Shown piece after piece: positions 62,346 to 64,000 of a stretch of 64,000 nt of DNA (position 1 is its first letter; every line of letters begins with the position of its first letter). The stretch spans positions 116,066,001 to 116,130,000 of the forward strand of contig CM059432.1 in the NCBI GenBank assembly GCA_030390025.1, read 5' to 3'. Below the pieces are notes generated by a model. That model searched no databases. It was given only the letters and a program-made list of their open reading frames with translations, and was not told the DNA's origin. The position numbers were made by a program, and so were the translations under genes. The DNA is from Squalus acanthias (lineage: Eukaryota).

Positions 62346-63439
62346 CTCTAGTCCCTGTTCCCACTAAATTGCTGACCATCCAACTTCCCTTCCTGGCCCC
62401 CATGCTAGCTGATATTGTAAACGGTTCCCTCTCCACTGGTACTGTCCCCCCTCCGTTTCAAATCTGCTGTCATCACCTCCTTCTCAAAAAAACAACCCTT
62501 TTCCCCTCTGTCCTTGCAAACTACCGCCCCATCTTCAACCTCCCTTTCACCTCCAAAGTCCTTCAACATGCTGTCATCTCTCAAATCCATGCCTATCTTT
62601 CCCACAACTCCATGCTTGAACCCCTCTAATCAGACGTCCGCCCCTGCCACAGCACTAAAACATCCCTAACCAAAGTCACAAATGACATCCTATGTGACTG
62701 TGGTGCACTATCCTCCTCATTTTTCTCGACCGGTCTGCAGCCTTTGACACGGTTGACTACACCATCCTTTTCCAATGATCTCCTCCATTGTCCAGCTGGG
62801 TGGGAATGCCCTCGCCTGGTTCCATTCTTATCTATCCAGTCGTAACCAGAAAATCTCCTACAATGGCTTCTGTTCCCACTCCCGCACCATTACCTCTGGA
62901 ATTCCCCAAGGATCTAGCCTTGGCACCCTCCTATTTCTTATCTACCTGCTGCCCCTTGGCGACATCATCTGAAAACACAGCGTCAGGTTCCACATGTACA
63001 CTGACAACGCCCAGCTCTACCTCACCATCACCACTCTCGACCCCTTCACTGCCTATGATTTGTCACTCTGCTTGTCCGACATCCAGTAATGGATGAGCAC
63101 AAATTACCTCCAATTAAATATTGGGAAGACCAAAGCCATTAAAATTGGCTCCTGCCACAAACTCTATTCCCTAGCCACCGGTTCCAACCCCATCTCTGTC
63201 TACTGTCTGAGGCTAAACCAGACTGTTCACAACCTCGGTGTCCTATTTGACCCTGAGCTGAGCTTCTGACACTATATCCTCTCCATCACCAAGATCGCCT
63301 ACTTCCACCTCTGTCACTTAATCTATCAATTACCCTTTGCAACTTTCTGCTCCCATCTCCACTATTTACTGTGCCACCTAACTTGGTGTCATCAGCAAAC
63401 TTGGATATACGGCTCTCTTTTTTTTCTTTTTTTCTTATT

Positions 63440-64000
63440 AATTCACGGGATGTGGGCATCGATGGCAAGGCTAGCATTTATTGCCCATCCCTAATTGCCC
63501 TTGAAGGTGGTGGTGAGCCATCTCCTTGAACTGCTGCAGTCTGTGTGGTGAAGGTACTCCCACAGTGCTGTTAGGGAGGGAGTTCCAGGATTTTGACCCA
63601 GCGACGATGAAGGAATGCTGATATATTTGCAAGTCAGGATGGTGTGTAACTTGGAGGGGAACTTCAGATGGTGGTGTTCCCATGCGCCTGCTGCCCTTGT
63701 CCTTCTAGGTGGTAGAGGTCGCGGGTTTGGGAGGTGCTGCTGAAGAAGCCTTGGCAAGTTGCTGTAGTGCATCTTGTAGATTGTACATACTGCAGCCACG
63801 GTACGCCAGTGGTGGAGGAAGTGATTGTTTAAGGTGGTGAATGGGGTGCCGATTAAGGGGGCTGCTTTGATCTGGAAGGTGTTGAGCTTCTTGAGTGTTG
63901 TTGGAGCTGCACTCATCCAGGCAAGTGGAGAGTATTCCATCATACTCCTGATTTGTGCCTTGTAGATGGTGGAAAGGCTTTTGGAGTGAGGAGGTGAGTC
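63440..64000 (-). mobile_element. LINE family B 3' part, running off the right edge
   Basis: MMEYSPLAWMSAAPTTLKKL... Confidence 0.88.

Larger units (their letters stand above)
59035..63312 (+). mobile_element. Degraded L2 ORF2 (APE + RT) interrupted by a hAT element
   Basis: VLYRPPK, WYGPHLRS, MRPTSCSLD|PVPTKLL across the insertion, NYRPIFNLPF, GIPQGSSLG. Confidence 0.9.

Overview
Vertebrate genomic DNA, almost certainly from a cartilaginous fish (shark-type HE1 SINE/CR1, Deu-domain SINE, L2 and Penelope repeats). The only host protein-coding gene I can support is CNDP2 (cytosolic non-specific dipeptidase, peptidase M20) on the minus strand. Nine coding exons run from the ATG at 21734 down to 721 (1210 nt, all GT-AG and in frame); the last exons lie off the left edge, and a probable non-coding first exon/promoter sits near 38.9 kb. 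The rest is a dense, nested transposon landscape: CR1, L2 and a third LINE family, SINEs, a decayed short-LTR Gypsy element (50.3-53.9 kb), a probable 1.44-kb solo LTR, 3-bp-TSD MITEs with internal hairpins, a non-autonomous hAT element carrying a ~27 x 44-bp tandem array, and Penelope-like elements whose termini carry minimal hammerhead-ribozyme cores. I found no clearly new protein-coding system. The best leads are the hammerhead-bearing and palindromic Penelope termini, the hAT-borne array of AG|GTGAGT splice-site units, and the ANT-TSD hairpin MITEs. Exon, TSD, TIR and LTR coordinates were read directly; other repeat boundaries are approximate, and family names come from recall, not a database search.
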